DNA from: Somniosus microcephalus
Lineage: Eukaryota
NCBI GenBank assembly: GCA_052327205.1
Contig: CM126207.1
Coordinates: 279,682,001-279,746,000, forward strand
Direction of reading: 5' to 3'
DNA length: 64,000 nucleotides
In this document: in pieces, positions 11,093 to 22,278 of the stretch
How positions within the stretch are numbered: position 1 is the stretch's first letter
How the letters are laid out: every line of letters starts with the position of its first letter
Position numbers and translations under genes: made by a program
The notes under the pieces: generated by a model
The model's input: only the letters and a program-made list of their open reading frames with translations
Database searches by the model: none
What the model was told of the DNA's origin: nothing

Positions 11093-13206
11093 ATGGAGAA
11101 GGTGAGACAGAGAGCAGAGCGCTTCAGCACTGAGGCCCTGGACCACTTGGTGTCTGCAGTTGAGCGCCGTCGAGATGTTCTGTATCCTGACAATGGCAAG
11201 AGGCCGAATCAAAAGGCTTACCGGCGATCTTGGGGGGAGGTTTCTCAGAGGGTCAACTCCAACAGCATGGCGACCAGGACCCCTGTTCAGTGCAGGAAGA
11301 AATTCAACGACCTCACTCGGGTCGTTAGGGTGAGTGTTGGTTATGCAAACTTCTAATTCCCTCCATCTGCACCTAACTTCAAGGACCCTGTTGCCATGAT
11401 GCCCCAATGGCCATCTGTCAGCAAGCACCCATGGCCCTTTCTGGGCACACACATGGACATTTCTCTCAAGGCCACATGTAAGGGCCCTTGCACCATGGGG
11501 GGCATGAGATGATCTCTCAAGGCCACATGTAAGGGCCCTTGCACCATGGGGGGCATGAGATGATCTCTCAAGGCATCATGTAAGGGCCCTTGCACCATGG
11601 GGGGCATGAGATGATCTCTCAAGGCATCATGTTACAGAACTTCCCCTTCTTTCCGCTGCAGTCCAAGCTGGCGACGATGCGGAAGGAACAGCGTCGAACC
11701 GGTGGCGGACCTCCACAAGTGGTCACTCTCATGGATCTCGAGGAGAGAGTGCACCAGATTCTTGGAGGACGTCTGTCTGGTCCTGTTACCACTGCAGCTG
11801 CCGACCCCATTCTCGACAGTGAGGGTAAGGCTCTCACCTTTTGCAACTGTCTCCTTCCACTTGGTCCCCCCGCCAGCATGCTTCCTCAGTGTGCCGCAAT
11901 CTGCCATGCCTTTCCGCCAACCTGTCCTTTTGCTAAAGCCACTCTTCCACCTCCCTGCTTTCAGATGATGCATCACCAACTGGGGCTCCACGCCCTGAAG
12001 CTGCCAGTGCCAGTGCCTCCGGAGGTGAGGATCAGGAGGAAGCCGGACCATCCGCTCCAATCTCAGAGGAGCATACACATGTACAGACTGGGGATAGTAG
12101 TTCCCTGGAGGGGAGGGGGGGGCTCTGATGATCAGGCAGTTGCCGGAACAAGCGGCATGCAGCAACGCAAGGGGGGTAGGCAAGTTCGGCCACTTTCTCC
12201 CCGGAGGGCAAGGCAGGTAGTGATGACTGCTGCACAGAGTGCAGAGGAGGTGCGTCGCCTGGCTGAAATGAGCACCCAGGCCCGGCTCAGGCACACTGAG
12301 CTGATGGCTGCAGTGGGGAGGATGCCTCAGTCAATAGATTCACTGGCAAAAAGTGTGTTGGACTTCGGGGCAACAATGGAGAGGACTCTCCAGGGCTTTG
12401 GGGCAACAATGGACAGGACTCTCCAGGGCTTCGGGGCAACAATGGACAGGACTCTCCAGGGCTTCAGGGCAACAATGGAGAGGTCTGTCGAGGGCTTTGG
12501 GCCAACAATGGAGAGGACTGTCTAGGGCTTCGAGGCCGCTATGGAAAGGACTGTTCAGGGCTTCGGACAATCCCTGGAAAGGTCTGTCCAGGGCTTGTCC
12601 GAGGCAGTGGAGCGGTCAGCACCGGCCTTGTCCGAAGCAATGGAAAGAACTGTCCAGGGCTTCTCCGAAGCACTGGCACCTGGCTCACAGGTCCTCACTG
12701 CTGCCACGCAGTCACTTGCCGGCCTCGTCCACACCCAGATTGAGGCAACGCAAACTCTCACTGCAGCCACCCTATCTGCATCAGCTAGGATCACCCCGGG
12801 CCCTTCCAGTCCCATACAAGGCCAGGAATCAGTGGAGCATGCGATTGTGGCGGATGAGCCAAGCCGGTCCCCTCAGAGAGCCAGTGTGTCGTCCGACAAT
12901 GGTGCAGGTGTCCTCTCTCGGCAGGTGACCATTGCACATGCCAGCGCTGGCACGTCTGCAGTGCAGCTGCCACCACCTGCAGGGCACACTGCTTCCAGCC
13001 ATGCTCAGATCAAGCATCCTGCGTCCGCACCCTCCAAGCCCAGAGGTCGGCCAGGCCGTCCCTCAGGGGCTTCTACGCTTCCACACAGTCAGCAGGCGTC
13101 CGCCAGCCTTCACCCCGCCACTGGGGATCAATTACGTAGGAGCAGCAGGGAGGGAAGGGGCCGAGCGCGAATGAGAAGTCGTTCTCCATCAAGGGGCCAG
13201 CAGTAG
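11093..13206 (+). pseudogene. Harbinger Myb/SANT-like DNA-binding protein; exons 11093-11329, 11662-11824, 11965-13206
   Basis: RAERFSTEALDHLVSAVERRRDVLY...WGEVSQRVN...RTPVQCRKKFNDL is a Myb/SANT-like domain. GT-AG introns have compatible phases. One frameshift in the G run near 12120 and one TAG at 12523. Confidence 0.88.
11462..11632 (+). repeat. 51-bp tandem repeat, about 3.3 copies, in Myb intron 1
   Basis: Unit TCTCTCAAGGCCACATGTAAGGGCCCTTGCACCATGGGGGGCATGAGATGA. Confidence 0.9.
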
Positions 13207-13484
13207 AGGGAGGTCCTGAGACGTTTCTTTGGCCAAACTCAAGGAGACCCTCACCTGTTGGAACTGTTGGAAATAGTTTGTTCAGTTTGGCGGCTTTGCC
13301 GAAGAGTTTACTGTTATTTTGTTTGTTATGGTTTCTGTTGACATGATGTTGTTTTGCTGTAATGAAAGACTTTTGTGACAATAAAGAGAAGTTTAAATGT
13401 GCTATGGTGTACGTGAATAATTACAGTGATGCTGGCCTTCAGATGCTTTCAAACATCCAAAGTGCGCAGCAGTTAAGACACTCA

Positions 13485-14083
13485 TCATTCCGCCAGAGGG
13501 GCCTCAAGACGATTCCTCATGAGCCAGTGACGGATGGCCCTTCCACTTTCAGGAGCCCTTCCATCTTCCTCCTCCTGCTCCACCTCCTCCTCGTCCACAT
13601 GCTCCTCCTCCTCCTCCTCCTCCGCCTGCTTCTCCAGGGTCAGAGGGAAGGTGATGAATTGATGCCTTCGCCTATAAAGGGCAGCTGTAACTTGCCGGAT
13701 GCAGCAGTGGACTGCAACCTGAGAGATATTCGCGATGTCCCCAATGGCTCACTGAAAGGATCCGTTGCCATAAAAATTGAGGCCAACAGTCAGTTTAGCG
13801 GCCACCGACAGAGAGGTCATGCACCGTTGACGCGGCTGCAGATCCTCAGTAAGCAGGTGGCACAGCTCAGTAACAACGTCCATCCCGATTCGGAGCCTTC
13901 GCACACACTGCTCCTCCGACATGTCAAGGTATGACCCCTAAAGACCCTCGCAGCATACCCTCGGATTGGGCAAACTCCATTGCCCCTCCTCCTTCTGGCC
14001 AATCCCGGCCCTCTCTCCAGCCGTCTTTCTGCCCCTTCATAGTGTTCGGCCAGGAGCCCGTCGCCCTCCAAAGCATCTCCCAT
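13485..14083 (-). pseudogene. Harbinger (HARBI1-like) transposase with the catalytic core deleted
   Basis: Hand translation: YLDMSEEQCVRRLRIGMDVVTELCHLL...KLTVGLNFYGNGSFQ*AIGDIANISQVAVHCCIRQVTAALYRRRHQFITFP, fused to EEEEEE...GRAIRHWLMRNRL. One frameshift near 13935 and one stop. Confidence 0.85.
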
Positions 14084-14585
14084 TCCGATGCCAGTTGTTC
14101 AAAAGGCTGTTAGGTGTAGTGCTCCAACTGCTCCGGACAGGTTTGAGGGTCCCAAGTACTCTAATGCTAAAATCCAAAAACTCTGCTCCACAGTAGCTCC
14201 CCAACTCTCTCCACCAACGATCGCAATGAACAGGCCAAGTGGCTGAAGCTTCTATACTAGAGCTGTCCCCTTTAAATAGCGCCCCCCGACTCCGAGAAGG
14301 GCCTGCTAACGCTCCTTCGAACTGTCACTAATAGCGTGAGGCGTTAAGGCTCCGGGCGCCACCCAATATCCGCTCAGGTGCCCCTAAAAGGCGTTGCACC
14401 ATGAAATGACGTCATTATGTGCTTGCACTCATGGGCGCGCGCAACACTTAGCGCAGGCATTGAATGTATAGTCAATATGGGAGTTGTCGCTATCTTCATT
14501 GCGCCCGCCCCAACATTAGGTAGCGCGCCAATTCTCGGTCTCTTTAGGCGCTAACCGCTGGCGCAAACAACCGAATTTCTAGGCC

Positions 14586-17500
14586 ATTGAGTCCATGAAT
14601 GGACCAGCAAAATCAATATGCACCCGTTGCCATGGAGAGGAGGGCCACTCCCATGGGTATAGAGGGGCATGTGGTGGTGCATTTTGGACCTTCTGGCATC
14701 CTGAGCAGCTCTTTGTTAGTTCCTCGATTTGTTGATTGATCCCCGGCCACCACACATAAGCCCTAGCAAGGCTTTTCATTTTCACCCCTCCCAGATGGCC
14801 TTCGTGAAGCTCATTGAGCACTCTCTCCCTTAACTTGGGTGGAATTAACACTCGGAATCCACACATCACTGTCCCCTGGCATACTGACAGCTGTTCTCTT
14901 CTGGATGAGAATGCTGGCAACAGTGAGTCGCCATGTGCTGGCCATCCCTTCACCGTCAAATCATATACCCGAGACAGTGTCGGATCATTGCGGGTCTCCT
15001 TCTCTATATTCGCGTTAGTTACTGGCAATCGTTCAATTATCGACGAATAAAATATTTCGATAGGGTCCACTGCTGGTGCTTCCTCCACAGTAGGCAGTGG
15101 CAGGCGTGATAGCCCATCAGCGTTTCCATGCTGTTTCGTGCCCTTATACTCTATTTCATATTGGTTCGCCCCTAGAAAAAGGGACCATTTTTGTAGCCGT
15201 TGTGCAGTCATCACCGGAACGCCCTTCTTTGGATTAAGTGGTTGGTGTTCAGTCAGCAAGGTGAACTTCTGCCCATGCAGATAGTGGCTGAATTTTTTTA
15301 CTCCCCATACTAGGCTGAGGGCCTCCCTGTCGATCTGGGCGTAGTTGCGCTCGGCTGAGGTTAGTGACCGAGACGCAAAGGCTACTGGCCTCTCCAACCC
15401 GTCTGGGAATTTGTGCGACAGCACCGCTCCAATACCATAGGGTGATGCATCACATGCCAACCGAATTGGTAGTGCTGGGTTGAAATGGGCCAACACCTCT
15501 TTTGATGTGATCAATTCTTTGCACTTCTGGAAAGCTCATTTACATTCGTCATTCCACTTCCATGTTACCCCCGTTTGCAGTAGGGTGTTCAGTGGGTGTA
15601 ATACTGTAGACAAATTTGGTAAGAACTTATGGTAGTAGTTCACCAGCCCGAGGAACGACCTCAGTTGTGACACATTTTCCGGTGCTGGAGCCTTGACTAC
15701 TGCCTCAATCTTTTCAGGGGACTTATGTAACCCCTCTTCATCAATAACGTGGCCACAATACGAGATCTGCTTCTGGAAAAACTCGCACTTGTGGCAATTA
15801 GCTCGTAGCCCATATTCCTTTAATCTAGTGAGCACCTTCTCCAGGTTGGCGAGGTGATCACTGTCATTTTCGCTCGTGACCAGGATGTCGTCCAAATAAC
15901 ACTGGGTCCCTGGGATCCCTTGCAGGACTTGATCCATTGCCCTTTGCCAAATAGCCGGAGCCGATGCTACCCCGAACACCAGCCGGTTGTATTGGTAGAG
16001 ACCTTTATGAGTGTTGATCGTGAGGTATTGTTTCGAGGCTTCTTCTACCTCCATTTGCAGGTACGCCTGGGCCAGATCAATTTTGGTGAAGCGTTTACCT
16101 CCAGATAGTGAGGCGAAAATATCCTCAATCCGTGGAAGTGAATATTGTACAGTGTGAAGGACTGGGTTCACTGTCACCTTAAAATCCCCACAGATGCGGA
16201 CCTTCTTTGGTTCCCCAGGCGTATTACTCAACGACCTCTTCATTACAGGAACGATGGGTGTAGCCCACTCGCTCCAGTCTACTTTGGACAGTACTCCTGA
16301 ACGTTCCAACCCTTCCAGCTCTGCTTCGACGGCTGGTCGGATCGCATAAGGCACCGGTCTGGCCTTAAAAAACTTTGGGCTTGCATTTTCCTCTATTTTA
16401 ATCGTCGCTGTTATGCCTTTTAGTGTTCCGAGTCCCTCCTGGAACACTTCTTGTGCGTCAGTTAGCATTTTTGACAGTCGTCCAGGTGTGACGTCGTCAT
16501 CCTTTTTGGCCTCAACCTTCAGTGCCTGTATGGAATGCCAATCTAATTGTATCTTCCGGATCCATTCACGTCCTAGTAGTGGTGGGCCTCCATCTGGCAA
16601 TACATATAGGTCCATTTTGAGTATTTCCTGGCCTTTGTATATCACGTTCACCCTTATTTTTCCTTTGGGGTAGACTTTTTGCCCCGTGTACGTCTTCAAG
16701 ACAATCTCTGTAGCTTTCAAGGGTATATGTGAAAATAGCCACTTGTAGTCCCTTTGGTTTATGACTGTTAGGGCTGATCCTGTGTCCAATTCCATTTTCA
16801 CTTGGACTCCGTCTATCTTGAACGTGACCCAGATAGTCTGGTGATCCTCCATTTTGATTACCTTATGTAGTTTCAGACAACCCAGCTCCTTGCTTCCGGA
16901 GTCTGTATCACTTTTCTGTTCATCTGAACTACTGTCCATCACCTTATGTATCTTTTTGTACTTCTCCTGTGGAGATTTCTTGCTGCTGGTTTTCTTCCCT
17001 GACCTGCAGACTCTTGCTATGTGTCCTGCTTTTCCACACTGTCTGCACACTTGGTCCTTGAACCAACAATCCTTCTGGTCGTGTGTTGTTCTGCCGCAGC
17101 GATAACACTTCCCTGCTCCATATGACATTTCATTGGTGCCATATTCTTGCGGTCTCCGTTGTATCTCTGCAGTGCCCCGTGCGGCTGCTTCGTGTGATAC
17201 TGCCATGCTGAAAGCCTTGTCCAGCGTAAGATCCTTTTCTGATAGAAGCCGTTTCTGGGTTCCTTCACTTTGAAGCCCACACACAAACTTGTCCCTTAAC
17301 GTATCTGCTAGTCCCAATCCAAACTGGCAGTGTTTCGATAGCTTGTGCAGCTCTGTTAAGTACTCAGCATTACTTTCGTCTTTATGCTGGTTCCTTTTGT
17401 GGAACTTACATCTTTCTGCTATCAGCAGCGGTGTGGGGTTTAAGTGGTCCTGTAGGATTTCCACTATGCTTTTGAAATTCTTATCCACTGGCTTCTCTGG

Positions 17501-17677
17501 GGTTATTAGGCTTCGCAGTATGCCATAAGTTTTTGCACCCATGGAATTCAACAAAACCAGTGCTTTCCTAGCATCTGGCACTTCATTCGCCTTGCAGTAC
17601 ACCTCAGTGCGTTCCACATATGTCGCCCAATCTTCGACATCATTGTTGAACGCAGTGATACTGCCACTCTTCGGCAT
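14586..17677 (-). pseudogene. Gypsy C gag-pol (gag, protease, RT, RNase H, integrase zinc finger)
   Basis: Two CCHC knuckles (CYRCGRTTHDQKDC, CRQCGKAGHIARVC), MELDTGS, YLDD, LACDAS, HEGH...CSGC. Frameshift near 15536. Confidence 0.93.
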
Positions 17678-18348
17678 CCCTGGGTGTGATTAAACTGTCT
17701 AAAATGGCGTCTCCCACGCTCTCCCTTCTTCTCCGCTGGCACAAAATGGCGTCTCCCGCGCTTTCCTTTCTTCCCGCGCTCGCCCTTCTTCTCCGCTGCG
17801 GCTTCTAAAATGGCGTCTCCCGCGCTCTCCCTTCTTCTCCGCGGCTCAATGGCGTCTCCCGCGCTTCCTTTCTTTCCCCCGCGGACGCTGTTCAGCCCTT
17901 GAGCCCTGGCTGTGCTCTGCGCGTTCTCCTGTGCGCCTCTCTCGTTGCCGCCGCTCGGCCCTGAACCCGGCTGCTGCTTTACCCTCTCTCTCTTTTTGTT
18001 TTCCGTCGACGCCGCTCAGTTTTCAACCCCCGGCTGCGCCCTGTGCGCTTCACCCTCTCTCTTACCCCGTCGACGCTGCTCGGCCTTTTCTGTGCCGTCG
18101 GTCAGCTCCAGCCGCCGCTGTCCGGGAAGGGTCTGCGCTGTACCTGTTGCCAGTCTGTTGCTGGATCGTCGTGGCTGGAGAACCAAGCCCAGCTCTCAAC
18201 AGCCTCCCCTGCGATGTTCACTCTCTGCCGGATGACTGGGCGGTTGCTCGTGGTCGACGCCCGTGCTTCTGGCCTCGACTTTCTTCCACCGTCCTCCCGG
18301 AGCGAATCCTTGGAAGGAAATGCAGAGTTGCAGGTAGATTCGAATCGA

Positions 18349-18359
18349 CCTCGTCGCCA
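18349..18359 (-). promoter_or_regulatory. tRNA primer-binding site of Gypsy C, probably tRNA-Ser(GCU)
   Basis: TGGCGACGAGG 1 nt after the 5' LTR, complementary to ...CCUCGUCGCCA (tRNA sequence recalled). Confidence 0.8.
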
Positions 18360-18561
18360 CTGTTGAATCCGTGATTCTTAAAGTATGATGTTTTCCAATA
18401 ACTAGACGGAGGCTGTAAATTAACAATCAACAGGTGTTTACTGGAGGAGGGTAGTCTAAAGACTAACAGTACAGAGGCATGCTCAAGGCTTATAGACAGG
18501 TGTGGTCACTGCCGGTACTACAGTATACAGGAGCTGTAAAAGTAGTTCTCTCTTAAAGGTA

Positions 18562-19224
18562 NNNNNNNNNNNNNNNNNNNNNNNNNNNNNNNNNNNNNNN
18601 NNNNNNNNNNNNNNNNNNNNNNNNNNNNNNNNNNNNNNNNNNNNNNNNNNNNNNNNNNNNNNNNNNNNNNNNNNNNNNNNNNNNNNNNNNNNNNNNNNNN
18701 NNNNNNNNNNNNNNNNNNNNACTCACACATACTCACAATCACACTAACACTCACACACTCACACACACTCACTCACACACCCACATGCATATACAAACAC
18801 TCACACTCATGCACACACTCACACACACACTCAAACACTCACACACCAACACGCACANNNNNNNNNNNNNNNNNNNNNNNNNNNNNNNNNNNNNNNNNNN
18901 NNNNNNNNNNNNNNNNNNNNNNNNNNNNNNNNNNNNNNNNNNNNNNNNNNNNNNNNNNNNNNNNNNNNNNNNNNNNNNNNNNNNNNNNNNNNNNNNNNNN
19001 NNNNNNNNNNNNNNNNNNNNNNNNNNNNNNNNNNNNNNNNNNNNNNNNNNNNNNNNNNNNNNNNNNNNNNNNNNNNNNNNNNNNNNNNNNNNNNNNNNNN
19101 NNNNNNNNNNNNNNNNNNNNNNNNNNNNNNNNNNNNNNNNNNNNNNNNNNNNNNNNNNNNNNNNNNNNNNNTGCACAATCTCACACTCACACACACGCAC
19201 ACACTCACACACTCACACACGCAC

Positions 19225-19264
<40 letters not shown>

Positions 19265-19355
19265 ACACATACTCCCACTCACTCATACTCACTTACACAC
19301 ACTCACACTCACACACTTACATACACACACTCACACTCACTCATACTCACTCTCA
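18562..19355. repeat. (CA)n/(CACT)n tract with gaps 18562-18720 and 18858-19171
   Basis: Seen directly. The same type of tract flanks the other end of Gypsy C. Confidence 0.95.
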
Positions 19356-19465
19356 CAGCCCAAGTCACAGCCTCCTTGACATTGTATCCTCTCCTGGGAG
19401 ACCCAGCCTAAAGATGGCAACACCACTGACCGATTGACCACACGGCACTGATGCCCGTCACTTAC

Positions 19466-19628
19466 CAGGACTGCTGGCCTCTGAACCCTGTAAATAAAGC
19501 CCTGGCACCAGAGCTCGGTAACAGGCCTGAGCATCAGCTGAACAGATACAGATAGGTACGGTGAATTTTTCCAGGCTGTCATGACCTTTAAGGGACACGA
19601 GTCCTGTGGGGAAGGTGAGAGCCTGTCT
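19466..19628 (-). other. Candidate 163-nt exon of an unidentified gene or pseudogene
   Basis: Non-repetitive island with acceptor TTCCTAACTCCCTGCAG and donor CTG|GTAAGT. Two frames are open; no protein recognised. Confidence 0.3.
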
Positions 19629-19699
19629 CTGCAGGGAGTTAGGAATAGTCGGCACATGTTTTGTGTGTTGCAGTAACCTCTAGGCCTGGTTATTACCTC

Positions 19700-19902
19700 A
19701 CTGCACTGCCTGAAAGGGCGGTGGAAGCAGATTCAATAGTAACTTTCAAAAGGGAATTGGATAAATACTTGAAGGGGAAAAATTTTCCAGGGCTGTGGGG
19801 AACGAGCAGGGGGGAGTGGGACTAATTGGAGAGCTCGACCAAAGAGCCGGCACAGGCACGATGGGCCGAATGGCCTCCTCCTGTGCTGTGTGATTCTATG
19901 AT
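19700..19902 (+). mobile_element. CR1 LINE 3' end
   Basis: FKRELDKYLK, GGGCCGAATGGCCTCCT and an ATTCTATG tail. Confidence 0.85.
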
Positions 19903-20065
19903 TTAGTGATTGCTGTTTGTGGGAGCTTGCTGTGCGCAAATTGGCTGCCGCATTTCCTACATTACAACAGTGACCACACTTCAAAAAGTACTTCATTGGC
20001 TGTAAAGCGCTTTGGGATGTCCTGAGGTCGTGAAAGGCGCTATAGAAATGCAAAAGTCTTTCTTT
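19903..20065 (+). mobile_element. SINE 3' tail
   Basis: Matches the tail of the SINE at about 34925-35058 and ends in (TCTT)n. Confidence 0.75.
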
Positions 20066-20364
20066 AGGCCGAAATAAATGTTAAAAATGTTAAACCTAAA
20101 AAAACTTGTTTTTAAATGTGAAAAAGAAGAAGTGTCTTTTTTTGGTGCTATTGTTTGCGGAGGTGTCTGGTGATCAGACGACAGGCTGAATGTGTGACGC
20201 ACCCCTGGTAATGTTCTCGCTGCTGAATCATGTCAGTGTGCTCACTCACTGCCTGCCGAGAAGACCAAAATACATTTTGGATCCCAGTGTGTCTGAGGCA
20301 AGGAGTTCGATTGTGCAGACTCCCAATCCTCACTCCCCTGGTCACTCAGGGACTTGGGCCAAGC

Positions 20365-22278
20365 TGGGGAGACAGTGGGTAGCATTCTCCCCATTGAGAC
20401 AGAAAGCACGCTCCAGAGACTTGAGCACATAAACCAGACTGACACTCCAGCGTAGTACTGAGGGATCGCTGCACTGTCGGAGGGGCAGTACTGAGGGAGC
20501 GCCGCACTGTCGGAGGGGCAGTACTGAGGGAGCGCCGCATTGTCGGAGGGGCAGTACTGAGAGAGTGCTGCACTGTCGGAGGGGCAGTACTGAGGGAGAG
20601 CCGCACTGTCGGAGGGGCAGTACTGAGGGAGCGCCGCACTGTCGGAGGGACAGTACTGAGGGATCGCTGCACTGTCGGAGGGGCAGTACTGAGAGAGTGC
20701 TGCATTGTCGGAGGGGCAGTACTGAGGGAGTGCTGCACTGTCGGAGGGGCAGTACTGAGGGAGTGCCGCACTGTCGGAGGGGCAGTACTGAGGGAGTGCC
20801 GCACTGTCGGAGGGGCAGTACTGAGAGAGTGCTGCACTGTCGGAGGGGCAGTACTGAGGGAGTGCTGCACTGTCGGAGGGGCAGTACTGAGGGAGTGCTG
20901 CACTGTCGGAGGGGCAGTACTGAGGGAGTGCCGCACTGTCGGAGGGGCAGTACTGAGAGAGTGCTGCACTGTCGGAGGGGCAGTACTGAGGGAGTGCTGC
21001 ACTGTCGGAGGGGCAGTACTGAGGGAGCGCTGCACTGTTGGAGGGGCAGTACTGAGGGAGTGCCGCACTGTCGGAGGGGCAGTACTGAGAGAGTGCTGCA
21101 CTGTCGGAGGGGCAGTACTGAGGGAGTGCTGCACTGTCGGAGGGGCAGTACTGAGGGAGTGCTGCACTGTCGGAGGGGCAGTACTGAGGGAGCGCCGCAC
21201 TGTCGGAGGGGCAGTACTGAGGGAGCGCCGCACTGTCGGAGGGGCAGTACTGAGGGAGTGCCGCACTGTCGGAGGGGCAGTACTGAGGGAGTGCTGCACT
21301 GTCGGAGGGGCAGTACTGAGGGAGCGCTTCACTGTCGGAGGGGCAGCACTGAGGGAGTGCCGCACTGTCGGAGGGGCAGTACTGGGGGAGCGCTGCACTG
21401 TCGGAGGGGCAGTACTGAGGGAGCGCCGCACTGTCGGAGGGGCAGTACTGAGGGAGCGCTGCACTGTCAGAGGGGCAGTACTGAGAGAGTGCTGCACTGT
21501 CAGAGGGGCAGTACTGAGGGAGCGCTGCACTGTCGGAGGGGCAGTACGGAGGGATCGCTGCAGTGTCGGAGGGGCAGTACTGAGGGATCGCTGCACTGTC
21601 GGAGGGGCAGTACTGAGGGATCGCTGCACTGTCAGAGGGGCAGTACTGAGGGAGCGCTGCACTGTCGGAGGGGCAGTACTGAGGGAGCGCGGCAATGTCG
21701 GAGGGGCAGTACTGAGAGAGTGCTGCACTGTCGGAGGGGCAGTGCTGAGGGAGCGCTGCACTGTCGGAGGAGCAGTACTGAGGGATCGCCGCACTGTCGG
21801 AGGGGCAGTACTGAGGGAGTGCTGCACTGTCAGAGGGGCAGTACTGAGGGAGCGCTGCACTGTCGGAGGGGCAGTACTGAGGGAGTGCTGCACTGTCGGA
21901 GGGGCAGTACTGAGGGACCGCCGCACTGTCGGAGGGGCAGTACTGAGGGAGCGCTGCACTGTCGGAGGGGCAGTATTGAGGGAGCACCGCACTGTCGGAG
22001 GGGCAGTACTGAGGGAGTGCTGCACTGTCGGAGGGGCAGTACTGAGGGAGCGCTGCACTGATGGGGGGGCTGTCTTATGGGTGAGATAGTAAACCGAGGC
22101 CTCGTCTGCTCTCTCAGGTGGATGTAAACGATCCCATGGCACTATTATGAAGAAGTCCTGACTAATATTTATCCCTCAATCAACATCACTAAAACAGATT
22201 ATCTGGTCATTATCACATTGCTGTGGGACCTTGCTGTACAAAAAATGACTGCCGCATTTCCTGCATTACAACAGTGAC
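20365..22278 (+). mobile_element. DeuSINE-like element containing a 33-bp minisatellite (20451-22058, about 48 copies)
   Basis: SINE head, then the array, then the Deu-like core AAACCGAGGCC...GATCCCATGGCACTATT and tail. Confidence 0.85.

Larger units (their letters stand above)
10735..14585 (+). mobile_element. PIF/Harbinger DNA transposon (3851 bp, defective)
   Basis: 12-bp TIR GGCCTAGAAATT / AATTTCTAGGCC and 3-bp TSD ATT. Convergent Myb-like and transposase genes. Excision restores the integrase reading MDSMFL. Confidence 0.93.
9606..18561 (-). mobile_element. Gypsy C (Mag-like) LTR retrotransposon spanning both LTRs, interrupted by a Harbinger
   Basis: LTRs at 18361-18561 and 9606-9801, both running into gaps, with 2 differences over the ~185 bp that can be compared. 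PBS, gag-pol and PPT AAAAGGGGAGGAAT (9802-9815) present. Confidence 0.95.

Noticed and set aside
11093-14083. Domesticated host genes such as NAIF1/MSANTD or HARBI1
   Set aside because: They lie between TIRs with a TSD inside a retrotransposon and carry disabling mutations.
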